A DNA stretch of 64,000 bases from a virus (lineage: Duplodnaviria; Caudoviricetes). This document shows positions 1 to 10,271 of this stretch, one piece after another; the stretch's first letter is position 1, and each line of letters opens with the position of its first letter. The position numbers and the translations under genes were made by a program. The notes below the pieces were generated by a model. It saw only the letters and a list, made by a program, of their open reading frames with translations, had not been told where the DNA came from and did no database searches. The stretch lies in the IMG/VR virus record IMGVR_UViG_3300033463_000005, positions 194,510 to 258,509 of that record, one strand, 5' to 3'.

Positions 1-53
1 GCTTTGTCAACAATAATTCCTTGCATGTCATTTTCATCCTTTCTGTTTTATCG

Positions 54-1088
54 TTACTTCAATCTTCCATCAGATGCTTCAGTGAGTTGTGGATACGCGA
101 TACCCATCAGCTCTTTCATTTGTGGATGTGCTTTACCAGTCTTCTCATGATACCGAAGATCAAGAATGTGCTGCCATTCATCTTCGGTTGCACACATCCA
201 GATGTCTGCCTTGATTGCATGCGGAAGAACATCGCGAGCAGCTTCTGGTTTTGCTCCGGCCGCGATGAGTTTTAGATAGCTTCTCTCAGCCATCTCCATA
301 CTCATTTCCCAAAGGACACTTCGAGTATGGTCCATGATGTCATTGAAGTATGGTTTTATGAATGTGAGTTCTCCACCAAATTTCTCCTTGCCATAGTTGC
401 AATATCGCGTACTTTCCATTGCAAACGAACATGGGCGGTGTCTTACCATCTCATGACTGACCCCTCGGTTCGTTGTGAACAGTATGATGTGTGGGAGCAT
501 ATGTGATAAGCAGCAATCTTCAACACCGTCATTTTTCATAGATTTAATGAATTCTTCTCGTGACATAAATTTGAATGGATTTGTCACATCTTCCGCTTTG
601 ATGTCATAATCAGAATAATGATGGTTTTCATCAAATTCTGCACAGAATTCATCATACATTGCATGGAAGATTTCCGGATATAATTCAGATAATCCCCATA
701 TGAAATCGAGTAATTCGGTTTTGCATTCTTCGACAAAATCATGTGTTGATTCATACTTTTGTGATGCATTAAATAAATACTTCAACCAATCGTAGAATGC
801 TCGAAGTGATCCAACCACATAATTGTCAATATGTCGAAGATACGATCCTTCTGATGTATCAAAAATGAAATTGAGCAAATCCAGATCAGTGATTTTGACA
901 TACACATGTCCGAATTCCAGCATGGCATGATGACCAGACTTGTACAGGTTGGCCACAAATTTAGTTGCTGAATCCTCGGTGATTCTGTCCTCGGACTTGT
1001 AGCAGGTTCTGCCAACCCGCTCGATAATTTGATACGGTGTCATGTTGCTCGTGTCAAGCAACACTGCATTTTGATCGATTACTTTCAT
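54..1088 (-). CDS. thyX: FAD-dependent thymidylate synthase ThyX
   Basis: ThyX motif HEMVRHRPCSFAMESTRY, N-terminal GRTCYKS..GHHAMLE, C-terminal EAARDVLP and LRY...AHPQM. Confidence 0.93.
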   Translation of the reverse strand: MKVIDQNAVLLDTSNMTPYQIIERVGRTCYKSEDRITEDSATKFVANLYKSGHHAMLEFGHVYVKITDLDLLNFIFDTSEGSYLRHIDNYVVGSLRAFYDWLKYLFNASQKYESTHDFVEECKTELLDFIWGLSELYPEIFHAMYDEFCAEFDENHHYSDYDIKAEDVTNPFKFMSREEFIKSMKNDGVEDCCLSHMLPHIILFTTNRGVSHEMVRHRPCSFAMESTRYCNYGKEKFGGELTFIKPYFNDIMDHTRSVLWEMSMEMAERSYLKLIAAGAKPEAARDVLPHAIKADIWMCATEDEWQHILDLRYHEKTGKAHPQMKELMGIAYPQLTEASDGRLK

Positions 1089-1645
1089 TTTCTCATTTCC
1101 TCTTCATTGTGTTTTTCTGAATAAATCATTGCGACATGTGCCTCAATGATATCGCAAGGCCAATCTTGGGGTTCCATATCATTAACATATTCTTTCATCA
1201 ACATCATGGTTATCATGTCAATGAGTGGTGTTGCATCTTCTCCAGAAATTGTTGCAACGCCATAATTTCTTCCCATTATAGAAATCTTCTGATAGATTTC
1301 ATACGCTGTCAAATCTTCCCAGTTTGGTACGTTGTGTTTATCGGAATAACAGCGCAAATGCCATTCCTTTGCAGGAAAGAAATCATCGTCTTGGATTCCA
1401 AATGTACCCCAATCATTCACCTCGAGAAAAACCTCGAATGTATTTGTATCAAGGGTTTTTCTTCGAACGATCATTGTGAATGGGATATCGTTATTCATGA
1501 AACCGAATGCTGACTGGAACATTGAAACATCACGTGTTTTAGCCAGTTCAGCAATAAACTCGGCTGTCATTTTGATCATTTCATCTGCTCGTGTATATGG
1601 CAGATTTATGAATTGAAAGTATTCAATTCGTTTGTCACTTGGCAT
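1085..1645 (-). CDS. hypothetical protein
   Basis: ORF in tightly packed minus-strand run; GGAGG RBS before ATG at 1645. Confidence 0.7.
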   Translation of the reverse strand: MPSDKRIEYFQFINLPYTRADEMIKMTAEFIAELAKTRDVSMFQSAFGFMNNDIPFTMIVRRKTLDTNTFEVFLEVNDWGTFGIQDDDFFPAKEWHLRCYSDKHNVPNWEDLTAYEIYQKISIMGRNYGVATISGEDATPLIDMITMMLMKEYVNDMEPQDWPCDIIEAHVAMIYSEKHNEEEMRK

Positions 1646-1656
1646 AAATTTCCTCC

Positions 1657-2019
1657 TCATAAATGTGGTGAATGTACCTGCATCTTTGCTTTAGAGAAAT
1701 CATTGCTTACTACATCGGAAATAGCACAAACAAGTCCTCGGTTAAGTTTCTCACCTTCATAGTGGAAGTTGTCGATGAAGTAGAGATACAACTTACTGGG
1801 AATCGTTTCTCCGTTCTGAAGTATTGCCTCACAATCATAGATCCCCTCCTCACGAGGGAAGGGATCTATCCAACAGAGATCAAAGCCATTCTTATCCGCA
1901 AGAATTCCGTGAAGATATACGAATGGTGTGATATTGGTTGTGACAATAATCCCGATTTTGTCAGGATCATCAGCTTGAGACAACCCATAAACTTTTATTA
2001 TGTCAGCCATAATTATCAC
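1657..2019 (-). CDS. hypothetical protein
   Basis: ORF packed with neighbours, GAAAGGTG RBS. Confidence 0.65.
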   Translation of the reverse strand: MIIMADIIKVYGLSQADDPDKIGIIVTTNITPFVYLHGILADKNGFDLCWIDPFPREEGIYDCEAILQNGETIPSKLYLYFIDNFHYEGEKLNRGLVCAISDVVSNDFSKAKMQVHSPHL

Positions 2020-2022
2020 CTT

Positions 2023-3888
2023 TCATGACAATCCCTCCAATAAAACGATCTTGGAAACAACGTTCGCAAGGAATGACTTGTATGTACAATTGGTCTTTTT
2101 GATTGTGTCAAAATATACCTTTGATCCAGTTCCTGATTTCAATTCAATCAATGGGTATGACCATGTTCCGGAACCAGATGATTTATGATCAAGCATCCGT
2201 ACACATACCTCTTGAGTTGCGTTATAAAATTTAATCTCGATTCCTGGAAGATTATCGTCAATTCTCTGTAGTCCGAATATAACTGTGAAGTAGTCAAAGT
2301 TTTCGAGTGTAACATACTCCATGAAATGTTTCTCGAATTCATATGCAGCAGTCTTGAACCGAGACTCTGCGAGAGTACACCACACGGAAGAATATATCGA
2401 CCTGTATACATCTTTATGCCAATCAATTTTAAGTTGGCTGAGAATCTGATCCGTCAGATAATCTTTTGTCGTGTACATCAGACTTCCGGACTCAACGAAT
2501 TTCTTGAGCTTCTTATCAACTAGAGAATCGATATGTGCTTCCATGTCAAGAATTGTTTTGACTTTGTTGTTCTTGTTGATGTTCTCATTACTGATGACAT
2601 TATCCGGGTCAATAGCATATGCTGTCATTCCGTCATCAGTAAAGAAGCATGGTCCACAGTGTTTCAATTCTGTATATTGCGTGCATTTTGCTGTCGTATA
2701 TGCTCTGAGTTTATCCATATCGAGTCTATCTTTCAATACCTCAGCAAGACACGCAATAAGGTACTTGTTTAACACATCATCAATTCCATTTTGTTCATAT
2801 TGCATGATATAAACACAAGTGGATTTATCAGCCAATCCAAGATCGTCGATTGTGATAATGTGTTCCTTTCCCAGAGATATCATAATAGTCTTCATGTATG
2901 GTGTATATGAAACCTCGAGCTTTAAAGATTTTGATGAAATGTTATTAGATTTTATAGCGTCAACCGAATATACCTGATGCGGTTTGTCACGTCTTATGTT
3001 GCCTACTTCTCTTATATTCCGGAGCCAGTCAACAACAACCTGGAATACTTCGTCACAACCAATCATCTTGTCTTCCTTGAGTCTATTAATAGCACCGATT
3101 GCTTCTTTGACAAAGTGATTACCACTATCAGTCGTTACAACATATTCGAGCTCTCTGGCGATGCGTTTGGCGATACTCACGCATTCTTTCATTGTGATGA
3201 TGTTGCCCGTGAGCTTCTCAAGGTGTTCACCATCAAGTTTGACTTCATGCCGGAATGGATAAATCCGGATTGGCGTGCAGCACGATTCGCCGAAATTAAA
3301 CCGAACCCAGACATCGTTACTGTGAACGCATTCCTTGTAGAAGTGTCGGAGAACATCAACACCGAGAGCATTCCACATATATGGCGCTTTCTTAATCACA
3401 AATTGTGTGTAGTCATTTCTTGGAATCACGTCACGCTGAACAAATTCCCCGGCACGCGTATCCATCAACTCATTCGTGTATGCATTGATTATGGCAACAA
3501 CATGTTCGAATGCCTGTCTGTTTTCCAGTTCCGTAAGTTCAACAGCATAATCACAGAACTTTTGAATGTTGCTCTTTATCGTTGTGAATATGAAGGAATT
3601 AATTTCATCACCATAGATACGGTAATTTCCGGCACCATCAATTGCAATATTTGCGTCCTTGTCGGAAACTGCCGAATGGAACACAAAATTGTATTCCGGA
3701 CAATCATCCGCTGGAATGATAATCCTCAACCAATAATCTATATTATGATGATTATCGGGGTTAACAAAATTGATATCGCGGCGGACTAGATCATCTTCTT
3801 TCATGATATATGGACTGTGTTCCCATTCTTCATCACGGAATATCTCCGTTAGAATCTTAAAGATTCTGCTTCGGTCCATCGGAATCAT
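2023..3888 (-). CDS. hypothetical protein (621 aa)
   Basis: long ORF, overlaps upstream stop by 4 nt. Confidence 0.8.
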   Translation of the reverse strand: MIPMDRSRIFKILTEIFRDEEWEHSPYIMKEDDLVRRDINFVNPDNHHNIDYWLRIIIPADDCPEYNFVFHSAVSDKDANIAIDGAGNYRIYGDEINSFIFTTIKSNIQKFCDYAVELTELENRQAFEHVVAIINAYTNELMDTRAGEFVQRDVIPRNDYTQFVIKKAPYMWNALGVDVLRHFYKECVHSNDVWVRFNFGESCCTPIRIYPFRHEVKLDGEHLEKLTGNIITMKECVSIAKRIARELEYVVTTDSGNHFVKEAIGAINRLKEDKMIGCDEVFQVVVDWLRNIREVGNIRRDKPHQVYSVDAIKSNNISSKSLKLEVSYTPYMKTIMISLGKEHIITIDDLGLADKSTCVYIMQYEQNGIDDVLNKYLIACLAEVLKDRLDMDKLRAYTTAKCTQYTELKHCGPCFFTDDGMTAYAIDPDNVISNENINKNNKVKTILDMEAHIDSLVDKKLKKFVESGSLMYTTKDYLTDQILSQLKIDWHKDVYRSIYSSVWCTLAESRFKTAAYEFEKHFMEYVTLENFDYFTVIFGLQRIDDNLPGIEIKFYNATQEVCVRMLDHKSSGSGTWSYPLIELKSGTGSKVYFDTIKKTNCTYKSFLANVVSKIVLLEGLS

Positions 3889-4511
3889 AAGTATTCATCC
3901 TCACTTTCATCAATAACGTCGACAGCATCGGTCATATCATCGTCGTCTTCTTCTTTTTTCGGTATAATCGTCATATTAGCTTCTTCAACGTTAGAGACCG
4001 CATCGATGAAGAGTCTATGGAATTCTTCAGCAGATATTTCTTCACAGCATTCATCGAGGAACCGAATGAATCTCTCATATGATGATGTTGTATCTTCGTA
4101 GAAAGTCGGAGATATGTATACAGGATATTCTTGATAACGAATATCTTGTTTTCCTGATAATAAATGACCAACAAACAATGACAGAACAGGGATATGTGTC
4201 GTGAGAATAGTGTCGGTCTCATCAGTATAACCTAGTATCATGAAGGCCATACTGCCTCGCATGATGAAAGGACAATATTTATGAGGTTTCATTCTATAAT
4301 GTTTTCCACGCATATCATTGATACACTGTTTGTGAAAACTCTCCAGTGTCTTTATACATGAGAGCTTCTTCTCGTGAAGTGGATCAAATATCTTTTCGGA
4401 TACTTCTCGCATCTTTTCTTCCTCAACTCGTTCAATAGAGTCGATCTCTTCTTGCAAATGCTTAAGCGTTTCAATAGGTGTCATCATTATTCCTCCTTCG
4501 TATTCGTTCAT
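3885..4511 (-). CDS. hypothetical protein with acidic tail
   Basis: ORF with AGGAGG RBS. Confidence 0.75.
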   Translation of the reverse strand: MNEYEGGIMMTPIETLKHLQEEIDSIERVEEEKMREVSEKIFDPLHEKKLSCIKTLESFHKQCINDMRGKHYRMKPHKYCPFIMRGSMAFMILGYTDETDTILTTHIPVLSLFVGHLLSGKQDIRYQEYPVYISPTFYEDTTSSYERFIRFLDECCEEISAEEFHRLFIDAVSNVEEANMTIIPKKEEDDDDMTDAVDVIDESEDEYL

Positions 4512-4528
4512 TATTGTTACCTCCTTAT

Positions 4529-4963
4529 TTAATCATCCATCAGTAAACCGAGTGCATTAATCATAACCCATATGGTGCTGATAACCCCACAAACATATGT
4601 GGTCACATCCCAGAATTGAGCAAATATAATTGTGAGGATTATGAATATGATTGGTGCGCCCCAAACTTTTAGAAATTGCAACCATGAAAAATGGAGTTTC
4701 GATGTCGAAGCCCCGAATACCACCCCACATGATTTACATGTATAACTTTCCCCTCTGGAGTGTCTTTTTATTACACCGAGAGTGTGTTTGATAACATGTG
4801 ATCCTGTGTAAATTGGGTCAAGTCCATTAAATTTAATATTTTCACTGGTGCAGTATGGACACAGATATACGAGCCGGTCCAAACACTCTTCTTCATTCGT
4901 CGTTGGCGGTTTGATTATTCGGATCTTCACCTTTGGTGGTTTCAATGGCACCATGTGTCTCAT
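4529..4963 (-). CDS. Zn-ribbon membrane protein
   Basis: CPYC...CKSC pairs and two C-terminal hydrophobic segments. Confidence 0.7.
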   Translation of the reverse strand: MRHMVPLKPPKVKIRIIKPPTTNEEECLDRLVYLCPYCTSENIKFNGLDPIYTGSHVIKHTLGVIKRHSRGESYTCKSCGVVFGASTSKLHFSWLQFLKVWGAPIIFIILTIIFAQFWDVTTYVCGVISTIWVMINALGLLMDD

Positions 4964-5009
4964 GCTCGGTTACCTCCTTCTTGTATATAACTCCAATTGA
5001 TACATTTTG

Positions 5010-5252
5010 TCATGTATGATTCGAAAACATATCGGCTGGTGCCGTATAATCATACTTTGATACATCCGTTATATCACCAGCGTGTTGTGGTGTATATGCC
5101 GATCCAAGAATCAACTTCCCAATCGGAATATCCATAATCTCGTCGAGATTTAGGTCATTGTCTACATCAATATTTCTTGTCACTTTCATATCAAACGGAT
5201 TGTCAATTCGAGTGGCGTGAATATCAATGGTTATCTGAAAACCTTTCATCAT
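5010..5252 (-). CDS. hypothetical protein
   Basis: coupled ORF, GAGGAGG RBS. Confidence 0.6.
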   Translation of the reverse strand: MMKGFQITIDIHATRIDNPFDMKVTRNIDVDNDLNLDEIMDIPIGKLILGSAYTPQHAGDITDVSKYDYTAPADMFSNHT

Positions 5253-5680
5253 TCTTCCTCCTCATCATCATAGTAATGGGCTCCAAAATTTTCCTCCGAA
5301 TATTCTGGAAATTTCCATCCAAATTTGCCATACACATCACCATCTTCATCAGGATACCTAATGAAATCAGACATGGATTTCTCATACTCTATCTCTTTGG
5401 GTCCGTCTGTCGAATATTGAATTATGGTATATTTGTATTTCTTGTTATATAATAAAGCCGGACAGTTTTCTTTGACCCATTCTTTAGGCGCGGTAATACA
5501 CCAGTTTGCCGACATGTCGATGTTACCAGAGAGAACAACAAGTTTATTTTTCTTACACCACTTATCATTAGAAAATGCGCGATGGTTTACCCATGAAATG
5601 AATGGTTCATCCAGTGGATAATCTCTTCCAGAAAACCAGTTGTTCAATTCGAAGTATACTAATTCAATATCACTCATCAT
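5249..5680 (-). CDS. hypothetical protein
   Basis: coupled ORF, GAGGAG RBS. Confidence 0.72.
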   Translation of the reverse strand: MMSDIELVYFELNNWFSGRDYPLDEPFISWVNHRAFSNDKWCKKNKLVVLSGNIDMSANWCITAPKEWVKENCPALLYNKKYKYTIIQYSTDGPKEIEYEKSMSDFIRYPDEDGDVYGKFGWKFPEYSEENFGAHYYDDEEEE

Positions 5681-5882
5681 TACTCCTCATTACTAATACA
5701 ATACTCTCCAGAATTCTATCCAGTTTATTGACATCACATTTGATCTCGAGACACAGAATTCTCATTTTAGTGATATCCATATCAAACGTTCCGTCTGATT
5801 TGATGTGACTCTTGAGAGCTCGTGCACAACCATCAATAGAATCGATTAACTCATATATTTTTTCATTGCGCATTATTATCAC
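5670..5882 (-). CDS. hypothetical protein
   Basis: coupled ORF, AAGGAG RBS. Confidence 0.6.
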   Translation of the reverse strand: MIIMRNEKIYELIDSIDGCARALKSHIKSDGTFDMDITKMRILCLEIKCDVNKLDRILESIVLVMRSNDE

Positions 5883-6226
5883 TCCTTATTTTTGATCACG
5901 AGATTGAATCCAGTGAATCTCGAATAGATTCCATTATGAGTATCGAATATCCCAATCGGGGAAGCATAGAAATCTGTTGCATATTTCAGATGTTCGTACA
6001 GCGGTGCTTCTTTAACACCGATGAACCAGCTGTCAGTGTCCAGGTAGAACATATCGATATGTGTTATTGGTTTACCATCTATTGACAACATGCATTGTTT
6101 GGCATCAATCATTGTGTGCAGCATACGCAGAAAATCACCGAGTGTTCCTTTATACCCCATTTCTGCCGGGAGTACGGATACCTTGATAGCAATCATGTTG
6201 TCCGAGAGAGTTACCTTACCAAACAT
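5879..6226 (-). CDS. hypothetical protein
   Basis: first ORF after AT-rich promoter motif, GGAGG RBS. Confidence 0.7.
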   Translation of the reverse strand: MFGKVTLSDNMIAIKVSVLPAEMGYKGTLGDFLRMLHTMIDAKQCMLSIDGKPITHIDMFYLDTDSWFIGVKEAPLYEHLKYATDFYASPIGIFDTHNGIYSRFTGFNLVIKNKE

Positions 6227-6278
6227 AACATTTCCTCCAGTGTAAAATTATTACTATGACCTATCACACAGGTCATTG

Positions 6279-6298
6279 CACATTAATAATATACGTAT
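6279..6298 (-). promoter_or_regulatory. putative phage early promoter (TATATTATTAATGTG type)
   Basis: copy of the recurrent motif ATA(T/C)(A/G)TATATTATTAA.GTG lying between a terminator and a gene start. Confidence 0.6.
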
Positions 6299-6316
6299 AA
6301 AAAATAAAAAAGAATA

Positions 6317-6334
6317 GGGGAGCATAAGCTCCCC
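6317..6334 (-). terminator. intrinsic terminator hairpin
   Basis: GGGGAGC-ATAA-GCTCCCC followed by T-tract on the minus strand. Confidence 0.7.
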
Positions 6335-6349
6335 CATATCTCACAATGT

Positions 6350-6781
6350 TTATTCGTCAGGGTGGACTTTTCCGTCCTCGTAATCATATGTGTCAGAGTG
6401 TTCCTCGTAGATATATGTTGCTTGACCTATATCATTATTGAAGAACTCTCTGAGGTCAAACCACTTGTCTCCCAGAATGTTGCCGATCTTTTTCACAGAT
6501 GCACTTCCGCGAACGCCGGTACAATCAATCCGACAGTATTTTCCGACAAGATCTTCCCATCTGGACACACCAACCGTATCCATGATTTTCATCATGGCGA
6601 CGATCGCAGAACCGTTACCTTTCCACGTCTTTGCTCCGAGATGGCCGACACCATTCTGGTATCCGCCGATACCACAGTTGAATGAGTCGGTTTTAACATG
6701 CACGTAGAATGTGAGAACCCCGTGATCAGCCATGGAAATCGTCACATCTACAATCTGCGCATTTTTTATATCTTGATTCAT
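6350..6781 (-). CDS. hypothetical phage protein
   Basis: ORF with GGAGG RBS. Confidence 0.75.
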   Translation of the reverse strand: MNQDIKNAQIVDVTISMADHGVLTFYVHVKTDSFNCGIGGYQNGVGHLGAKTWKGNGSAIVAMMKIMDTVGVSRWEDLVGKYCRIDCTGVRGSASVKKIGNILGDKWFDLREFFNNDIGQATYIYEEHSDTYDYEDGKVHPDE

Positions 6782-7014
6782 AGTGTTTCCTCCTCCTTAC
6801 GAATACTCTTCAGAGTAATAACCTGGTTTTCCCCAAGTATAAGTGGATGCATTTTTATGAGCTGATCTATCTCATGTTCTCCGTTTGGTTCGTAACCATC
6901 CGCAATTAATTCGGCATTATGATTGTGAAATGCTTCAACTGCAACAGAGTAATCGGTTGTAACGCATATAATATTTCTATCATATGCATCATCATATACA
7001 GTGGAAACATTCAT
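6778..7014 (-). CDS. hypothetical protein
   Basis: coupled ORF, GAGGAGG RBS. Confidence 0.6.
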   Translation of the reverse strand: MNVSTVYDDAYDRNIICVTTDYSVAVEAFHNHNAELIADGYEPNGEHEIDQLIKMHPLILGENQVITLKSIRKEEETL

Positions 7015-7026
7015 CCTTATTCCTCC

Positions 7027-7956
7027 TCATAATGTTCCGGAATGCTCAACATGAATTTTCATCATGTTTGCCCAGTATTCTGCATATGAACCCGGATTGC
7101 AGACGACCGTGAACATTCCACATCCTTCAAATGTGTCCTCATAGATCTTCTTGACAGAATCAGGAATCTTCACAATTGTCAAAGACTCGCAATTAGAGAA
7201 TGCTTTTCTGTCAATACGTTCGCAACCTTCCGTGATATACACGGCTTCTAGTTTCGTACAGTAAGCAAATGCTTCTTCCTCAATGCGTTTGATATTATTT
7301 TGAATAGATAATGTTTTGATTGCAGTTCCACAAGCATATCGCTCTGGAATTGAAGTCACATCGTAATTGAATGGAATTGGAACGTTCTCAAGATTTTCGC
7401 ATCCCGCGAATATTCTTTTTTCGATACCAGTGATATTTGAATTGTCGAGACCGCTTATTGTTTTCAATGCACTACATCCATAGAAAGCGCCTTCTTGGAT
7501 TTTCAATGTCGGATTGTTGTTGAATGTTACGGTTGTAAGACTTTGCAGGTAATGCATAGCCCAGCACTCAATAAGATGAACCGTGTTCGGTATCTCGATT
7601 GTTTCCACATTCGGAATGTATCCTGTTGGTCCACAAATAATACATGTATCATTTTTGATTATGATGTGTTTTGTTGTCTCAAGACAACGGAGGTCTGTTT
7701 TTGTAAATGGGCCAATTTCAACAGTCAATCTATCGTGTGAATATACCGTGGCTTCTGCGCGTTGACCAATAGCTTGCAATACATCATTGATTTCTCTTTG
7801 AGTATCACGCTCTATAGAAATGACATCAACGGTGAAATGGCGACCCCAACCGTCGCTGTCGGTTTTCTTTGTATCAATATATATCTCCGGGTATCCGTTT
7901 GATTCATAAAATTCTCTGCCGTTTTTTGCAGCAGGAACTTCAAACACCTTGATCAT
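7027..7956 (-). CDS. BspA-type leucine-rich repeat (LRR_5) protein
   Basis: repeats of I..xAF.xC..L..V.IP.xV..I (e.g. IEEEAFAYCTKLEAVYITEGCERIDRKAFSNCESLTIVKIPDSVKKI). Confidence 0.88.
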   Translation of the reverse strand: MIKVFEVPAAKNGREFYESNGYPEIYIDTKKTDSDGWGRHFTVDVISIERDTQREINDVLQAIGQRAEATVYSHDRLTVEIGPFTKTDLRCLETTKHIIIKNDTCIICGPTGYIPNVETIEIPNTVHLIECWAMHYLQSLTTVTFNNNPTLKIQEGAFYGCSALKTISGLDNSNITGIEKRIFAGCENLENVPIPFNYDVTSIPERYACGTAIKTLSIQNNIKRIEEEAFAYCTKLEAVYITEGCERIDRKAFSNCESLTIVKIPDSVKKIYEDTFEGCGMFTVVCNPGSYAEYWANMMKIHVEHSGTL

Positions 7957-7974
7957 AATTATTTCTCCTTCTTT

Positions 7975-8259
7975 CTATCCTTGATGAAATGTGACAGTTT
8001 CATCCACTGGTGTCACATCAATGTTGTCCGTACAAATTGTTGTTTTGCACGGATATTTACCATTGTTTGTCCGATAATTGTAGACCTTAAACTCATACTT
8101 ACGGTCGGAGAAATCAAATGTGCGAGACGGGAGCACATCTGCTCCCGTTCCATTCGTGTTTGTTTCCCATTTTGCTTCACAACAAAACTTGATTTGATAA
8201 TCACCATTTCCCGCTTTTTCAATGTTCTCAAGAATCGTTTTCAACTGACTCACTGTCAT
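7975..8259 (-). CDS. hypothetical protein
   Basis: GGAGG RBS before MTVSQLK start. Confidence 0.62.
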   Translation of the reverse strand: MTVSQLKTILENIEKAGNGDYQIKFCCEAKWETNTNGTGADVLPSRTFDFSDRKYEFKVYNYRTNNGKYPCKTTICTDNIDVTPVDETVTFHQG

Positions 8260-8264
8260 GTTCT

Positions 8265-8570
8265 TCAGCCTCCGTTGTACCAGTCGAATGCACCGGCAAT
8301 GATCATATGCCACAATCTGTCGGTAGTTCTAATCGCTCTATCTGTTCCTTCGCAATCCAGCAGAGTTATCTCATGCTTCTCACGAGGTCTCGGGTGAACG
8401 AAGATTCTGTATCCTTTGCTGAATAATTTACCATCACAGAAATACAATTGCGTTGTGTGTACATGTTCATGTCGTGTGATCTTCTTTTCAACTTTTTCAT
8501 ATGAATGCACGATTGGATATGAGTTCGGTACCTCATACAGATACAGATGAAACTCTGGATGGTCGCACAT
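8265..8570 (-). CDS. hypothetical protein
   Basis: packed ORF, GGAGG RBS. Confidence 0.6.
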   Translation of the reverse strand: MCDHPEFHLYLYEVPNSYPIVHSYEKVEKKITRHEHVHTTQLYFCDGKLFSKGYRIFVHPRPREKHEITLLDCEGTDRAIRTTDRLWHMIIAGAFDWYNGG

Positions 8571-8571
8571 T

Positions 8572-9048
8572 TTATTTTTCCTCCGTATTAAGAGATTGAT
8601 TAAGAATTCGATGGAATTCTTCCGCTCGTTTCATATCTTTATCCCAATCTTCCTTGGACGGTGGGACATACGGCGGAAGGTTACTCATGAATTCAGTAAA
8701 TGCCTCTTTTGAGCGAAGCTGTGGTGGAAGTGGTTTGACCTTAGCAGTTTCTTCGAGAACCTTACCGACAGCTTCCTCAATCGCGCCATACCACCCACCA
8801 TCAACGAGGTCTTTCATCATCGCAGACATATTTTCATTTTTAGCATGACTGTCGAGTGCTGTCTCAAGCTTTTCGACAAACTCGTCTTTGCTTAAGTCTT
8901 TCCACTCTTTCAGAAGTTGGTATCTGGATTTCCCGTAATAACCAGATACGATACACCATTCCTTCACCCATTCTTTGTAATCAGAATGTCGATTGAGTTT
9001 ATGTTTATGAATCAGGCGAGTTATCCTTTTACGTTTCTTCCAGTTCAT
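8572..9048 (-). CDS. hypothetical protein (basic MNWKKR N-terminus)
   Basis: coupled ORF; N-terminus resembles that of the upstream gene. Confidence 0.7.
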   Translation of the reverse strand: MNWKKRKRITRLIHKHKLNRHSDYKEWVKEWCIVSGYYGKSRYQLLKEWKDLSKDEFVEKLETALDSHAKNENMSAMMKDLVDGGWYGAIEEAVGKVLEETAKVKPLPPQLRSKEAFTEFMSNLPPYVPPSKEDWDKDMKRAEEFHRILNQSLNTEEK

Positions 9049-9356
9049 AGTGGTCTTCTTCCTTCCTGTAATTCAGATTCATACCAGTCTAATGCGAATC
9101 TGGCATTGTTTGTGATATACTTTAAGAATTTCTGCTCTTTGTCTGTGAACTTTGGACACTCCCCTTGGAAGTAAGTACACAGACAGTGCTCAGTACGGCT
9201 ACATTCAAAATCCCAACATACGCCGATAGCCTTAATCTTGACGAATTGGTTATAGTATCCCGGCGTAATCAGTTTCCGGTTTTTGTAGTAATAACCGTAT
9301 TTTGAATTGTATCTTCGTGTAATCTTACGAAGTCTGCACCGCTTCTTCCAGTTCAT
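9045..9356 (-). CDS. hypothetical protein (basic MNWKKR N-terminus, Cys-rich)
   Basis: coupled ORF. Confidence 0.62.
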   Translation of the reverse strand: MNWKKRCRLRKITRRYNSKYGYYYKNRKLITPGYYNQFVKIKAIGVCWDFECSRTEHCLCTYFQGECPKFTDKEQKFLKYITNNARFALDWYESELQEGRRPL

Positions 9357-9798
9357 TCAAACATCCCTTTCGTACACAGAATTCTCTTAACTCTGGGAGT
9401 AGAGTTGAATTGATATAATCTTCATGCAGGTCATACCAATCATTCCACATTAACTCAAAATACTTCGATTCTTCGAAACCAGTCATGGAGTCAGAAGCTC
9501 TGATTGCAAGTCGATACATCAGATATCTTTGCTTTAACGTCATTTCCTGCATATACTCCATCAGAGCTCTAACAAGATGACGTTCAGGACGATCCTTGTT
9601 TTCCGGTTTATCACAATCCGCAAGCGTTGCATTGACACACGCAATATCCAGGTTTTCATCATCAACAACGACATGCGCCATACCACCACATGAACACCCA
9701 TCCAATGTATAAATCATCCATGTCAACACGATGCAAATTTGCATATTTGGGTGCCATTGTACACGTTCAATATTTGTAGAATTCATTTTCTCATTCAT
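9325..9798 (-). CDS. hypothetical protein
   Basis: coupled ORF. Confidence 0.7.
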   Translation of the reverse strand: MNEKMNSTNIERVQWHPNMQICIVLTWMIYTLDGCSCGGMAHVVVDDENLDIACVNATLADCDKPENKDRPERHLVRALMEYMQEMTLKQRYLMYRLAIRASDSMTGFEESKYFELMWNDWYDLHEDYINSTLLPELREFCVRKGCLNELEEAVQTS

Positions 9799-10271
9799 AT
9801 CATGGCCTCTTTCAGTTTCCGGTCTACTTCCTCATGAACCCGACGTTTTTGTTCCGCAAACCATTCATCCTCAGAAATTTCAATGATGTATATGGGAAGG
9901 GTTTTCCCATCGTCTCTGAAGTCCTGAGGTGAAATTCCAATATTTCCTCTTCTCGGCATTCCATCGGACTGCATGATTCTTGCAGGTACCATCCATTCAT
10001 CAAATGTGCACCCACCAATCATCATCCATTGTTCTTTCGGAACATCGATGACAGTGAACCACTCGTCGCAGTGAGTCGGGTTCACAATATTTCCCATCTT
10101 TCGGAAATACCGACCAATGAGCGGTTTGAATATTTCCTTTACGGGGTCCGTGATTTTTGTATTGATATCCGAGATCTTATTCCTCAATTCATCAATCTCT
10201 TTCTCAAGGGCAAGTTTATCCTCAATAAGAGAACTCATGTCTTTAAATTCTTCATGTGTCATATTATTCAT
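9795..10271 (-). CDS. hypothetical protein
   Basis: coupled ORF, GAGGAAGG RBS. Confidence 0.7.
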   Translation of the reverse strand: MNNMTHEEFKDMSSLIEDKLALEKEIDELRNKISDINTKITDPVKEIFKPLIGRYFRKMGNIVNPTHCDEWFTVIDVPKEQWMMIGGCTFDEWMVPARIMQSDGMPRRGNIGISPQDFRDDGKTLPIYIIEISEDEWFAEQKRRVHEEVDRKLKEAMI

